From contig CAZMIO010000011.1 of assembly GCA_964566535.1 (NCBI GenBank), positions 1 to 37,935 on the forward strand: DNA of 37,935 nucleotides. The letters are read 5' to 3'. The DNA is from an uncultured Methanosarcinales archaeon. Its GTDB lineage: Archaea > Nanobdellota > Nanobdellia > Woesearchaeales > CAZOXR01. The position numbers and the translations under genes are program-made. A model generated the notes under the pieces. The model worked only from the letters and a program-made list of their open reading frames with translations. It was not told the DNA's origin and made no database searches. This document shows positions 1 to 9,458 of the stretch, one piece after another; position 1 is the first letter of the stretch; the number at the start of each line of letters is the position of its first letter.

Positions 1-53
1 AGGCCTACCCTAAACAAAAACATTTAAAAACATTGTATTAAAACTTTTACATC

Positions 54-599
54 ATGGATTTTGTATATGAACTAAAAATACCTAAGGAAAGGGTAGCAGT
101 CCTAATAGGTAAAGAAGGCAGTGTAAAGGAAGATATAGAGTCATCTACAAAAACAAAGATAAAAGTAGACTCCAAAGAAGGAGATGTATTCATTTCTGGA
201 GAAGACGGGCTAGGTATGTATAACGCAAAAGAAGTAATCATAGCTGTTGGCAGAGGATTCAATCCAGAAACAGCATTATTATTACTAAAACCAGACTATG
301 TATTTGAAATGGTTGATATCTCAGATTACGCTAGAAAATCAAAAGGCTCATTAATGAGACTAAAAGGTAGAATCATCGGAACAGAAGGTAAATGTAGAAG
401 GATTATCGAGGAGTTAAGTGAATGTTATATATCTGTTTTTGGTAAAACAGTTGCAATCATCGGAACAAATAGCTCAGCATCCATTGCTAGACATGCAATA
501 GAATCATTACTAACTGGTTCAACACATGCAAACGTTTATAAATGGCTGGAAAAAAGAAGAAGGGAACTAAAAAGAAATCAAATATTAGATGGTATTTAA
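54..599 (+). CDS. KH-domain rRNA-processing protein (archaeal Dim2/Pno1/Krr1 family)
   Basis: Two KH GxxG loops (VLIGKEG, RIIGTEG), the family motif IAVGRGFNPE and a C-terminal GSTHANVYKWLE. It lies directly upstream of top6B, a common archaeal neighbourhood. Confidence 0.93.
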   Translation: MDFVYELKIPKERVAVLIGKEGSVKEDIESSTKTKIKVDSKEGDVFISGEDGLGMYNAKEVIIAVGRGFNPETALLLLKPDYVFEMVDISDYARKSKGSLMRLKGRIIGTEGKCRRIIEELSECYISVFGKTVAIIGTNSSASIARHAIESLLTGSTHANVYKWLEKRRRELKRNQILDGI

Positions 600-621
600 T
601 TAAGTAACCAAGAGGCAAAAT

Positions 622-2445
622 ATGGCTAAAACACCAGTAGCACACGAATTAGCAAAAAAACAAAGGGAAATAGGAGTAGCAGAATTCTTCAGCCGTAACA
701 GACATCTTCTAGGATTTGATAACAAAAGAAAAGCATTAATGACTACAATCAAAGAAGCAGTAGACAACTCTCTTGACGCATGTGAAGAAGCAAGTATTCC
801 CCCAGAAATAAGTGTGGAAGTTATTGACATGCAAAATGACCGCTTCAGAGTTATTGTTGAAGACAACGGTCCAGGAATTGTTAAAAAACAAATCCCTCAC
901 GTTTTTGCAAGATTATTATACGGCTCAAAATTCTTCAAACTATCCCAATCAAGAGGTCAACAAGGTATAGGTATAAGTGCTTCTGTCCTCTACGCACAAT
1001 TAACAACTGGAAAGCCTGCAAGAATAATTTCAAAAATCTCACCAAAAGATCCAGCTCACTATTATGAACTAAAAATAGACACTCAAAATAATACTCCTTC
1101 AATAATAAAAGAAGAAAAAATTGAGTGGAAAAAAGACCACGGAACAAAAGCAGAATTAGACTTAGAAGGATCATACCTTGGAGGGTCACAATCAATTGAC
1201 CAATACCTAAAACAAACAGCAATCGTAAACCCTCACGTCACAATCATCTACACTAATCCTAAAGCTGAACAAATTATCTTCCCAAAAGCAACTGAAGAAT
1301 TACCAGCTCCAACTAAAGAGATAAAACCTCACCCATATGGTGTTGAATTAGGACGAATGGCTGATATGTTAAAGGCTACTGAAGCAAGAACACTCCAATC
1401 GTTCCTAACAAACGAATTCTCAAGAATGGGTCCAGGCACAGCTAAACAAGTCTGCGAAAACGCAGCATTACTTCCTTTAACTAAACCAAAAAATGTTAAC
1501 AGAGATATGGTTGAAAAACTTATTGGGGGAATCAACAAAACAAAAATAATAGCACCGCCAACTGACTGTATTAGCCCAATCGGATCCGAGTTACTAGAAC
1601 AAGGATTAAGAAAAGAGATTAATGCTGAATTCTACTGCGCAGCAACGCGTCCTCCAAACGTCTACCGCGGAAATCCATTCGTTATTGAAGCAGGATTAGC
1701 ATATGGTGGAGAACAAAGCCATGAAGGCGCAGTAACAGTTTACCGATTTGCAAACAGAGTCCCACTTCTTTACCAACAAGGTGCATGTGCAGTAACAAAA
1801 TCAATAACAGGAACTAACTGGAGATCATACGGCTTAAGTCAAAGTCAGGGATCAGTACCTGTTGGACCACTAACAATAGCAGTACATATAGCATCAGTTT
1901 GGGTTCCATTCACTTCAGAAAGTAAAGAAGCAATTGCCCATTATCCAGAAATAATCAAAGAAGTAAAACTAGCCCTACAAGAAGTAGGAAGAAAACTTTC
2001 ATCATACATTTACAAAAAAAGAAGAATCCAAACAGAATCAAAAAAGAGAGACTACATACAAACATACATTCCTCATGTAAGCAATGCACTAAAAGAACTC
2101 TTAAATCTAAAAGATAAAGACGAAGAAAAATTAAAAGAACAATTAGGGAAAATTCTAGAGAAAGAAAGAGGAGAACTAGAAGAATTACGTATAGACAATC
2201 CAGAGTTTGACGCAGAATTTGCAGCAATAGGAAAGGGAAAAGACGAAGAACCAGGAGAACAACAAACAGAAGAAGGCAAGGAAGAAACAAAAGAGAATAG
2301 CGAAGAAAAAGAAGCCAATGAAGAGACTAAAGAAGAAACTAAAGAACCAAAAGAAGAAGTCAAAACAAAAGACAATAAATCTAAAGATCCTAAAAAAGAA
2401 CAACAAACAACATTAGCAAACATCAAGAAAGGTGGCAAAAAATGA
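622..2445 (+). CDS. top6B: DNA topoisomerase VI subunit B
   Basis: GHKL motifs EAVDNSLDA, VEDNGPG and QSRGQQGIGIS; transducer motifs RFANRVPL and VPFTSESKE; extra acidic/Lys-rich C-terminal tail. Confidence 0.98.
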   Translation: MAKTPVAHELAKKQREIGVAEFFSRNRHLLGFDNKRKALMTTIKEAVDNSLDACEEASIPPEISVEVIDMQNDRFRVIVEDNGPGIVKKQIPHVFARLLYGSKFFKLSQSRGQQGIGISASVLYAQLTTGKPARIISKISPKDPAHYYELKIDTQNNTPSIIKEEKIEWKKDHGTKAELDLEGSYLGGSQSIDQYLKQTAIVNPHVTIIYTNPKAEQIIFPKATEELPAPTKEIKPHPYGVELGRMADMLKATEARTLQSFLTNEFSRMGPGTAKQVCENAALLPLTKPKNVNRDMVEKLIGGINKTKIIAPPTDCISPIGSELLEQGLRKEINAEFYCAATRPPNVYRGNPFVIEAGLAYGGEQSHEGAVTVYRFANRVPLLYQQGACAVTKSITGTNWRSYGLSQSQGSVPVGPLTIAVHIASVWVPFTSESKEAIAHYPEIIKEVKLALQEVGRKLSSYIYKKRRIQTESKKRDYIQTYIPHVSNALKELLNLKDKDEEKLKEQLGKILEKERGELEELRIDNPEFDAEFAAIGKGKDEEPGEQQTEEGKEETKENSEEKEANEETKEETKEPKEEVKTKDNKSKDPKKEQQTTLANIKKGGKK

Positions 2446-3524
2446 GCAAAGCAATAGATGAAATAAAATCACTTGCAACAGGCATCTACAATAAAATCTC
2501 AAAGAAAAAACAACCTAAACTAAATTCCCCACTAAGATCACTAAGTAATGTCAAATATGACGAAAAGGGAGGTTATTTTGAACTTCTAGGAAAGACAAAA
2601 GAAAGAACATTAACAGCCTCAACAATCAAAACATTCGCCCAAACCCTAAAAATGATGGGATTTTCAAAAGAGATAATTGAAAAAGATGACATAGCAACAA
2701 AAAGAGAGGCTTATTACGTTTCAAAAAACTGGGGAGAAGCAGGATTCAAAGAACAACCTGAATCAGACACAGTCATGGATGATATTGAAGCTATGCTCCG
2801 AGTCAACAGAGAACAATTAGGATTCATCCCAGAAGAAAAAGGTGGAGAGATAGCTGGAAAACTTGTTGTTGTTGACAAAGACTCAGAGACAAAGAAAACA
2901 TTAAAAATTGACTGTACAAAATTCGGCTCTGGTGCTTACTCAATCCCTACATCTGTTGAACACTTAAAATTTGAAACAGATGCTAAATTTATATTAGCTA
3001 TAGAAACATCTGGTATGTTTCAAAGACTTGTCAAACACAAATATTGGAAAAAAGCAAACTGTATCTTAGTTTCGATGGGGGGAGTCCCAACAAGAGCTTG
3101 CAGAAGATTCATCAGGCGTTTAAGTGATGCCAAAAAAATTCCAGTCTATGTATTCACTGATGGAGACCCTTACGGATATTTCAATATCTACAGAACACTA
3201 AAAGTAGGCTCAGGAAATGCAGCTCATATAAATCAATATTTCTGTGTTCCTAAGGCAACATTCATAGGGATAACACCAGGAGACATCATTGACTACAAAC
3301 TTCCAACCCATCCGCTAAAAGATATAGACATCAAGCGAGCAAAAGATGCTGTAAAAAACGATCCATTTGTACAACATCATGTGGAATGGCAAAAAGCAAT
3401 CAAAAAAATGGTCCAGATGAAAGTAAGAGCAGAACAGCAAGCATTAGCAAAATGGGGACTTAACTTCGTAATTGACAATTACCTTCCAGAAAAACTAAAA
3501 AAGCCAAAAACTTGGCTACCATAA
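2442..3524 (+). CDS. top6A: DNA topoisomerase VI subunit A
   Basis: TKREAYY (catalytic Tyr region), TOPRIM AIE...FTDGDPYG and AEQQAL; ATGA overlap with top6B. Confidence 0.98.
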   Translation: MSKAIDEIKSLATGIYNKISKKKQPKLNSPLRSLSNVKYDEKGGYFELLGKTKERTLTASTIKTFAQTLKMMGFSKEIIEKDDIATKREAYYVSKNWGEAGFKEQPESDTVMDDIEAMLRVNREQLGFIPEEKGGEIAGKLVVVDKDSETKKTLKIDCTKFGSGAYSIPTSVEHLKFETDAKFILAIETSGMFQRLVKHKYWKKANCILVSMGGVPTRACRRFIRRLSDAKKIPVYVFTDGDPYGYFNIYRTLKVGSGNAAHINQYFCVPKATFIGITPGDIIDYKLPTHPLKDIDIKRAKDAVKNDPFVQHHVEWQKAIKKMVQMKVRAEQQALAKWGLNFVIDNYLPEKLKKPKTWLP

Positions 3525-3560
3525 GAAAAGTTTAAATATCATCAAACTAATTTCTAGAAT

Positions 3561-3893
3561 ATGAGTCCTACTATAAACGATGTCTACAAAAAATTAGTTA
3601 AGATTGAATCAATTCTAAAGAAAGTAGAGGCAGAAGAAGAAAAACTTGAAGCCGAAGAGAAAAAAATAGAAAAAAAAGAAAATTTAATTCTGACAAAAGA
3701 AGAGTGGACAATAATCAAGAAACTAGATAAAAAGACAAAAAAAGCATATAACAACCTAATGCAGTGGAAACTTCACATCTGGGATAGCTGCAGAAACAAG
3801 ATAGAAAAGACCAAAAAAGGAAGAGTAGACTACAACTGCAAAATCACAAAAAATGCATGTAGGTTTGTAGACTGCCCACTAAACATAAAATAA
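3561..3893 (+). CDS. Hypothetical protein: N-terminal coiled coil and C-terminal 4-Cys putative Zn-binding motif
   Basis: TATA box TTTAAATA at 3531, 30 nt before the ATG; E/K heptads followed by WDSC...YNCKITKNACRFVDCP. Confidence 0.75.
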   Translation: MSPTINDVYKKLVKIESILKKVEAEEEKLEAEEKKIEKKENLILTKEEWTIIKKLDKKTKKAYNNLMQWKLHIWDSCRNKIEKTKKGRVDYNCKITKNACRFVDCPLNIK

Positions 3894-3952
3894 TAAACAT
3901 ACCCTCTTCTAACCACTACATTTATAAATAAATTTTATTTCTTAAATACTAT

Positions 3953-4046
3953 GGGCCTGTAGCTCAGCTTGGATTAGAGCGACTGAATTTAATTCCGCTA
4001 AAGCCTTCTAAGCTGTAGGTCGCGAGTTCGAATCTCGTCAGGCCCA
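3953..4046 (+). tRNA. tRNA-Arg(TCT) with an 18-nt intron at position 28/29 (3984-4001)
   Basis: Acceptor GGGCCTG/CAGGCCC-A, D stem GCTC/GAGC, T arm GCGAG-TTCGAAT-CTCGT. Removing 3984-4001 restores the anticodon arm ACAGC-CTTCTAA-GCTGT. Anticodon at 4007-4009. Confidence 0.93.
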
Positions 4047-4071
4047 TTTTTATATTCAAACAGGTCAATTG

Positions 4072-4098
4072 GTCCTATTGAACGAAGTGAAGTAGGAC
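4072..4098. repeat. Short hairpin GTCCTATT-GAACGAAGTGA-AGTAGGAC (REP-like)
   Basis: 8-bp stem (one G-T pair) enclosing GA-AC-GAA-GT-GA, located between the tRNA and trmI. Confidence 0.4.
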
Positions 4099-4122
4099 AA
4101 ATAGTTCAAATTAAACCACACA

Positions 4123-4854
4123 ATGCCAAAAATACTATTAGCTAAAGAAGGAAAGACATTCTTCGTTAAAGACGAAACTAAAGATTACCATACCCAATTT
4201 GGATTCGTAAAAGCAAAAGACTTCAAGAAAAAAGACGGCTCTAAAGTAAAAACAAACATGGATATTGAATTAACCCTCTTCACTTCAAACTTCATAGACG
4301 ACTACAAACGAATAAAGAGAGCACCCCAAATTATCCCAAGAAAAGACGTAGCAGCAATAGTAGCAGAAACAGGAGTAAGTAAAAAAAGCATAATAGTAGA
4401 TGCAGGTGGAGGCTCAGGAGCACTAGCAAGTTTCTTAGCAAATATAGCAAAACAAGTAACAACATACGAAATTAGAGAAGATTTCTACAAAATTATCCAA
4501 AAAAACAAAAAATTCCTAAACCTAACCAACTTAAAGATAAAAAACAAAAACATCTATCAGGGAATCGAAGAAAAAAATGTCGACTTAATAACCCTTGACC
4601 TACCATCACCTTGGAACGCAATAAAACCAGCAGAAGGTGCATTAAAGGTTGGAGGTTTTATAGTCTCATACTCCCCAACAATTCCACAAGTCATGGACTT
4701 CGTTAGCATGATAGAAAAAACACCTAACTTAATCCACTTAAAAACATTAGAGATAATCCAAAGGGAATGGGACGTTGAAGAAAGAAAAGTAAGACCTAAA
4801 TCTCAACCGATTGGTCATTCAGGATTCTTAACATTTGTTAGAAAAGTCAGTTAA
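4123..4854 (+). CDS. trmI: tRNA (adenine-57/58-N1)-methyltransferase
   Basis: RAPQII.PKD-like motif (RAPQIIPRKD), SAM motif DAGGGSGAL, YEIREDF, LDLPSPW, YSPT and RP...IGHSGFL. Confidence 0.93.
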   Translation: MPKILLAKEGKTFFVKDETKDYHTQFGFVKAKDFKKKDGSKVKTNMDIELTLFTSNFIDDYKRIKRAPQIIPRKDVAAIVAETGVSKKSIIVDAGGGSGALASFLANIAKQVTTYEIREDFYKIIQKNKKFLNLTNLKIKNKNIYQGIEEKNVDLITLDLPSPWNAIKPAEGALKVGGFIVSYSPTIPQVMDFVSMIEKTPNLIHLKTLEIIQREWDVEERKVRPKSQPIGHSGFLTFVRKVS

Positions 4855-4871
4855 AGAATAAACAATTAAAA

Positions 4872-5174
4872 ATGGCATCACTAAACCTCGTAATCGGTTC
4901 AATTACCTCATCATTTGGACTAATCTTGATAATTTTTCAAAATCTGTTGAGATCTGGTGCAGGAGGATATGGAAATTTCCAAGCAGAGATTAAAAATTCT
5001 TGGAATAATCTCTTCTTCAAAAAATTATTAAAAACAAAGCCCCCAATTGTATACAAAGGCTTTGATCCAAAATACTCTCCATCAAAAAAAGGGGTCAACA
5101 TCATAGGAATTATATTTATTCTATTTGGACTTTTTGTCATTTTCTATCCAAATATTTATTTCTTGTTCAATTAG
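4872..5174 (+). CDS. Hypothetical small membrane protein (two hydrophobic segments)
   Basis: The ATG-started ORF fills the gap between trmI and the convergent GNAT gene; N- and C-terminal hydrophobic helices. Confidence 0.6.
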   Translation: MASLNLVIGSITSSFGLILIIFQNLLRSGAGGYGNFQAEIKNSWNNLFFKKLLKTKPPIVYKGFDPKYSPSKKGVNIIGIIFILFGLFVIFYPNIYFLFN

Positions 5175-5638
5175 AAAAACCGACTAAACACAAACTCATC
5201 CTTACCTTTATAGAAATGATTCTTCAAAGTTGTCTCGTGCTTGCAACCCATCTTCTCATAAAAAGCCTGTGCCCTTTTATTGTCACCATGAGTCAGAATA
5301 TACAGTTTCCTAAGCTTAAACCCTTCTTTCTCATACTCAGAATCAGAATCCTTAACTAACTCCTTAAACAATTTCTGTGCAACTCCTTTGCCCCTAAAAT
5401 CAGAAAGTACAGCAATCCTATCCAATTCACATAATTGATGTTTAGGTAATCCATGCATTTGCCATGTAACCAGGCCAGCAACTCTCCCTTCTTCATCGGC
5501 AACAATATAATGATAACCCTTAACAACCTCATTCTTAAAAACTTCAACACCTTCTTTGATAGAATCAATATTATAACATTCCTTCAGAACAGTTGCAATA
5601 CCAATCGCATCATTTGCAGTAGCTTTTCTAAATTTCAT
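5171..5638 (-). CDS. GNAT-family N-acetyltransferase
   Basis: Acetyl-CoA motif IAVLSDFRGKGVA and N.RAQAFYEKMG; ATGA overlap with the glmS stop. Confidence 0.92.
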   Translation of the reverse strand: MKFRKATANDAIGIATVLKECYNIDSIKEGVEVFKNEVVKGYHYIVADEEGRVAGLVTWQMHGLPKHQLCELDRIAVLSDFRGKGVAQKLFKELVKDSDSEYEKEGFKLRKLYILTHGDNKRAQAFYEKMGCKHETTLKNHFYKGKDEFVFSRFF

Positions 5639-7461
5639 TCGACAGTCACCGATTTTGCCAAATTCCTTGGCTTGTCAATATCACACCCTCTTTTATCAGC
5701 AATGTAATAAGCCAATAATTGTAAAGGCACTACAGATAAAAGTGGAGTCAGAATATAAGAATTTTTTGGAATATGAACATTAGTATCTACTTTCTCCTTA
5801 AGGCCCTTATCTCCTTTAGTGATAATCGCAATAACAATCCCTCCACGGGACTTAGTCTCTTCAATATTCCCTAAAATCTTTGAGTAAGTCCTATCATCCT
5901 TAGTTGCAACAAACACAACAGGCATATCTTTATCAATCAAAGCAATAGGTCCATGTTTCATCTCAGCAGCAGGATAACCTTCAGCATGAACATAAGAAAC
6001 CTCTTTCAACTTAAGAGCGCCCTCAAGAGCAATGGGATAATTTATCCCCCTACCAAGATAAAGCGCATTAGCTCTTTTATAGTATAATTCAGCACATTCT
6101 TTTATGTAATCAGAATCTTCCAAAATACTTTGAATTTGCAAAGGCACCCTCCTCAAATCCCTTATCCTGTTTCTAACTTGCTCTTGAGGCAGCACACCTT
6201 TGACCTTACCAAAATAAACAGTCATCAGATACAAAACAACTAATTGTGAAGTAAATGCCTTAGTAGATGCAACCCCTATTTCGGGACCAGAATGAGTATA
6301 AACCGTACTATCAGATTCCCTTTCAATAGAACTACCCTTAACATTAACTATAGAAATCACCTTAGCCCTTTTCTTTTTGGCCTCTTTCATCGCAGCCAAA
6401 GTATCTGCTGTTTCCCCACTCTGAGAAATTGCAATAACTATAGTAGTTTTATCAACAATTGGGTTCCTATACCTAAACTCAGAAGCATACTCCACCTCAA
6501 CTGGAATTCTAGTAAGCTCCTCAATCATAAACTCTCCAACTAATCCAGCATGCCAACTTGTACCACATGCAACAATAACTATCTTCTTAACTTTCTTTAT
6601 CTCATCCACACTTAAACCAATTTCATCCTTAATTAAAATGTCAGAATCATCCAATCTCCCATTTATAGTCTCAGATATAGCCCTTGGCTGCTCAAATATT
6701 TCTTTCAACATAAAGTGTTTGTAACCTTGCTTTTGTGCTTGTTCTGCATCCCAATCTATCTTCTCAACCTTCTTATCAACCCACTCACCATTAACATCAA
6801 AAAATTCAACTTTATCCGTAGTCACAACAGCAACTTCTTCATTACCCAAATAAACCACATTCCTAGTATACTTCAAAATAGCAGGAACATCTGAACAAAT
6901 GAAATTCTCCCCATCACCTATCCCAACTATCAATGGACTCTCATTCCTAGCCGCAACAATCTCGTCATGATTCTTATGAACAACCCCTAGACCATAGGAT
7001 CCTTCAATCTTCCCAACAGCAGCAAGTACAGCATCCTTCAAATCTCCCTTATAATTCTCCTCAATAAGATGAGCAATGACTTCAGTATCCGTTTCAGTAG
7101 AAAACTTATGTCCTTTCTTAATCAACTCTTCCTTCAACTCCAAATGATTCTCAATTATCCCATTATGTACAATAGAAACATCCCCTGTACAATCAGTATG
7201 GGGATGTGCATTCTCTTTAGTAGTCCTACCATGCGTACTCCACCTAGAATGAGCTAATCCCATATTACCATTAAGCTCAATAAAATTAACCTTCTTATCA
7301 ACCTCATCTATCTTTCCAATATCTTTCTTGGTGCAAATATCCTTCCCATCACAACAAACCATCCCAACAGAATCATAACCTCGATATTCCAACTTCCTAA
7401 TACACTCTAATAAGATCTTACTAACCTCTCTTTTAGATACTAATCCTACTATGCCACACAT
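5635..7461 (-). CDS. glmS: Glutamine-fructose-6-phosphate transaminase (isomerizing)
   Basis: N-terminal MCGIVG, LEYRGYDS, HSRWSTHG, HNGIIEN, SQSGETADT and C-terminal PRNLAKSVTVE. Confidence 0.99.
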   Translation of the reverse strand: MCGIVGLVSKREVSKILLECIRKLEYRGYDSVGMVCCDGKDICTKKDIGKIDEVDKKVNFIELNGNMGLAHSRWSTHGRTTKENAHPHTDCTGDVSIVHNGIIENHLELKEELIKKGHKFSTETDTEVIAHLIEENYKGDLKDAVLAAVGKIEGSYGLGVVHKNHDEIVAARNESPLIVGIGDGENFICSDVPAILKYTRNVVYLGNEEVAVVTTDKVEFFDVNGEWVDKKVEKIDWDAEQAQKQGYKHFMLKEIFEQPRAISETINGRLDDSDILIKDEIGLSVDEIKKVKKIVIVACGTSWHAGLVGEFMIEELTRIPVEVEYASEFRYRNPIVDKTTIVIAISQSGETADTLAAMKEAKKKRAKVISIVNVKGSSIERESDSTVYTHSGPEIGVASTKAFTSQLVVLYLMTVYFGKVKGVLPQEQVRNRIRDLRRVPLQIQSILEDSDYIKECAELYYKRANALYLGRGINYPIALEGALKLKEVSYVHAEGYPAAEMKHGPIALIDKDMPVVFVATKDDRTYSKILGNIEETKSRGGIVIAIITKGDKGLKEKVDTNVHIPKNSYILTPLLSVVPLQLLAYYIADKRGCDIDKPRNLAKSVTVE

Positions 7462-7517
7462 AAAACCCAGAAGTATGTCCTTTATTTATAATTATTACTA
7501 AATTGAGTATAACTTAT

Positions 7518-9278
7518 TCAACCATAATACAATTTCCCTTTATCTTTCTGCTCCCTATCTTTAAAAGAACCAACCTTATTTGCCCTAGGTCTATGACTCT
7601 CATTATCACGTCTAAATGTAACCCCTACTCCTTTCAAGAAAAGATTCATTCCTTCTTCCATTGTAAACGGACCATCAACCCTTCCCTCAATTGCAGGTTT
7701 TCCATCAAAAACAATAAGATTCTGGCTTATGTAATCAATAAAAAGTAAGTCGTGATCAACTATCAAAGCGGTAGATCCCTTCTGATCCATAAAATCCCCA
7801 ATAATCTTAGAAACTATCAATCTCTGTTCAACATCAAGGTAAGCGGAGGGTTCATCAAGAAGGTATAAGTCAGCATCCTGACTTAAACAAAGTGCAATCG
7901 AAACTCTCTGTAATTCTCCACCAGATAACTCATTTAATTTCTTCATAAACAAAGGTTTAATGTGCAACGGATTAATCAATTGATTGGTGTACTTTTGTAT
8001 CGCTTTCCTAAGAAAATTAACAACCACCTCACTTGAATCTGATTCAAGATATTGTGATTTGTAAGAAACCTTAATCTTCTCAGTAATCTTTCCTTCATCT
8101 TGTTCATCAACACCAGCCAAGATCTTAACAAAAGAAGTTTTTCCAATTCCGTTCTCTCCTAAAATTCCAATAACTTCCCTCTTAAGTACCTCTCCATTCC
8201 CGGCCTCTAAACTAAATTTCCCCAACTTCTTCTTAACTCCTTCCCATGAGGTTAATGTAGTCCCTTCTCTCTGCTTAACAGGCGGCCTTACCTCAAACTT
8301 AATCTTACTGTCCCTAAACCTTACATTCTCTTCTTTCAAAAAACCAGACAAATAAACGTTAATCCCTGCCTTGGTTGATTTGGGCATAGAAACAATACCA
8401 TAAACATTTTCCTTACCATACATCATGTGAATTAACTCAGTCATATAATCTAGAATTATCAAATCGTGCTCCACAACCAAAACTGCAGTATTTTCATTAG
8501 CCAAGCCCTTGATAAATTTACTGACCCTTAATCTCTGCTTGATATCTAAATATGATGTTGGCTCGTCAAAGATATACAAATTAGCTTTCTTCAAAACAGT
8601 AGCAGCAATTGCAACTCTTTGTAGCTCACCACCAGAAATCTTAGTTATATCATTATCCAATATTTCCCCTAACTGTAGTTCCTTAACAATCTTATCAAAC
8701 TGCTTCTTCTCATCAACTTTCCTCAACAAAGTCTTAACCTTACCTTTAGTGGTCTTTGGGATTAGGTCAACTTGCTGAGGCTTATAGCTTATCTTAATCT
8801 TCTTATCCCTCACCTTTTCAAAAAATATTTGCGCCTCAGTCCCCTTAAAGAATTCCAACAACTTGTCAAAATCAACTTCTCCCCCCCCCGTTTCACCTAA
8901 GTTAGGATCCAAAATTCCAGCCAAAACTTTAATCGCAGTTGATTTCCCTATCCCATTTTTTCCAAGTACTCCCACTACCTTACCAAAAATAGGAACAGGC
9001 AAATTATACAGACTAAATCCATTTTCACCATACCTGTGGATTGGCTTATCAGTCAACTCCTCTGGCAGATTAATGATTGAAATAGCATCATACGGACATC
9101 TCTTAGGACATATGCCGCAACCAGTACATAGTGATTCATCTATGTTAGGCTTCATATCTTCGCCCTTAACAATACACTCTTCCCCTGTTTTATTGATAGG
9201 GCACACCCTAATACAAAGGTAATTCCCACACCCGATTGGGTTGCATTTCTCTTTCTCAATTACTGCTATTCGCGTCAT
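7518..9278 (-). CDS. rli: Ribosome recycling ATPase ABCE1/RLI
   Basis: N-terminal Fe-S domain (CTGCGICPKRCP); two ABC domains (GKNGIGKS, GENGIGKT, SGGELQR twice). Confidence 0.98.
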   Translation of the reverse strand: MTRIAVIEKEKCNPIGCGNYLCIRVCPINKTGEECIVKGEDMKPNIDESLCTGCGICPKRCPYDAISIINLPEELTDKPIHRYGENGFSLYNLPVPIFGKVVGVLGKNGIGKSTAIKVLAGILDPNLGETGGGEVDFDKLLEFFKGTEAQIFFEKVRDKKIKISYKPQQVDLIPKTTKGKVKTLLRKVDEKKQFDKIVKELQLGEILDNDITKISGGELQRVAIAATVLKKANLYIFDEPTSYLDIKQRLRVSKFIKGLANENTAVLVVEHDLIILDYMTELIHMMYGKENVYGIVSMPKSTKAGINVYLSGFLKEENVRFRDSKIKFEVRPPVKQREGTTLTSWEGVKKKLGKFSLEAGNGEVLKREVIGILGENGIGKTSFVKILAGVDEQDEGKITEKIKVSYKSQYLESDSSEVVVNFLRKAIQKYTNQLINPLHIKPLFMKKLNELSGGELQRVSIALCLSQDADLYLLDEPSAYLDVEQRLIVSKIIGDFMDQKGSTALIVDHDLLFIDYISQNLIVFDGKPAIEGRVDGPFTMEEGMNLFLKGVGVTFRRDNESHRPRANKVGSFKDREQKDKGKLYYG

Positions 9279-9372
9279 AGTATTTAGCCTATTTAGTGAA
9301 TTAATAAAGGTTTTTATTATTGTTGGAATTTAATAGTCCATACCACCAGCATATTCAAAAACAAAACTTTTG

Positions 9373-9419
9373 AGTGCCCTAAAATTCAGATTTTCACCGG
9401 ATTCTATGCATAGAGCACT
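9373..9419 (-). other. Stem-loop downstream of rps9 (possible terminator, stability element or small RNA)
   Basis: Minus-strand AGTGCTCTA...TAGGGCACT outer stem with an inner imperfect GAAA-capped stem; it overlaps the 12-bp palindrome TCTATGCATAGA (9403-9414). Confidence 0.4.
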
Positions 9420-9458
9420 GACTTAAATATTATAAAAAATTAAGAAATAATAATTTGT

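Noticed and set aside
600..2438. Several hydrophobic or Ser/Phe-rich minus-strand ORFs (600-866, 935-1222, 1955-2290, 2073-2438, 2185-2406)
   Set aside because: They are antisense shadows of the A-rich top6B gene. The same applies to the short opposite-strand ORFs over glmS, ABCE1, the ribosomal genes, hss, prs, ftsY and the pilin array.
8881..8889. Poly-C tract in ABCE1 as a phase-variation site
   Set aside because: The frame is intact (TGG + E codons) in an essential gene, with no sign of slippage.
9279..9458. rpoN or another small CDS after rps9
   Set aside because: There is no ORF with the RpoN CxxC...RYCCR pattern; the region reads as non-coding.
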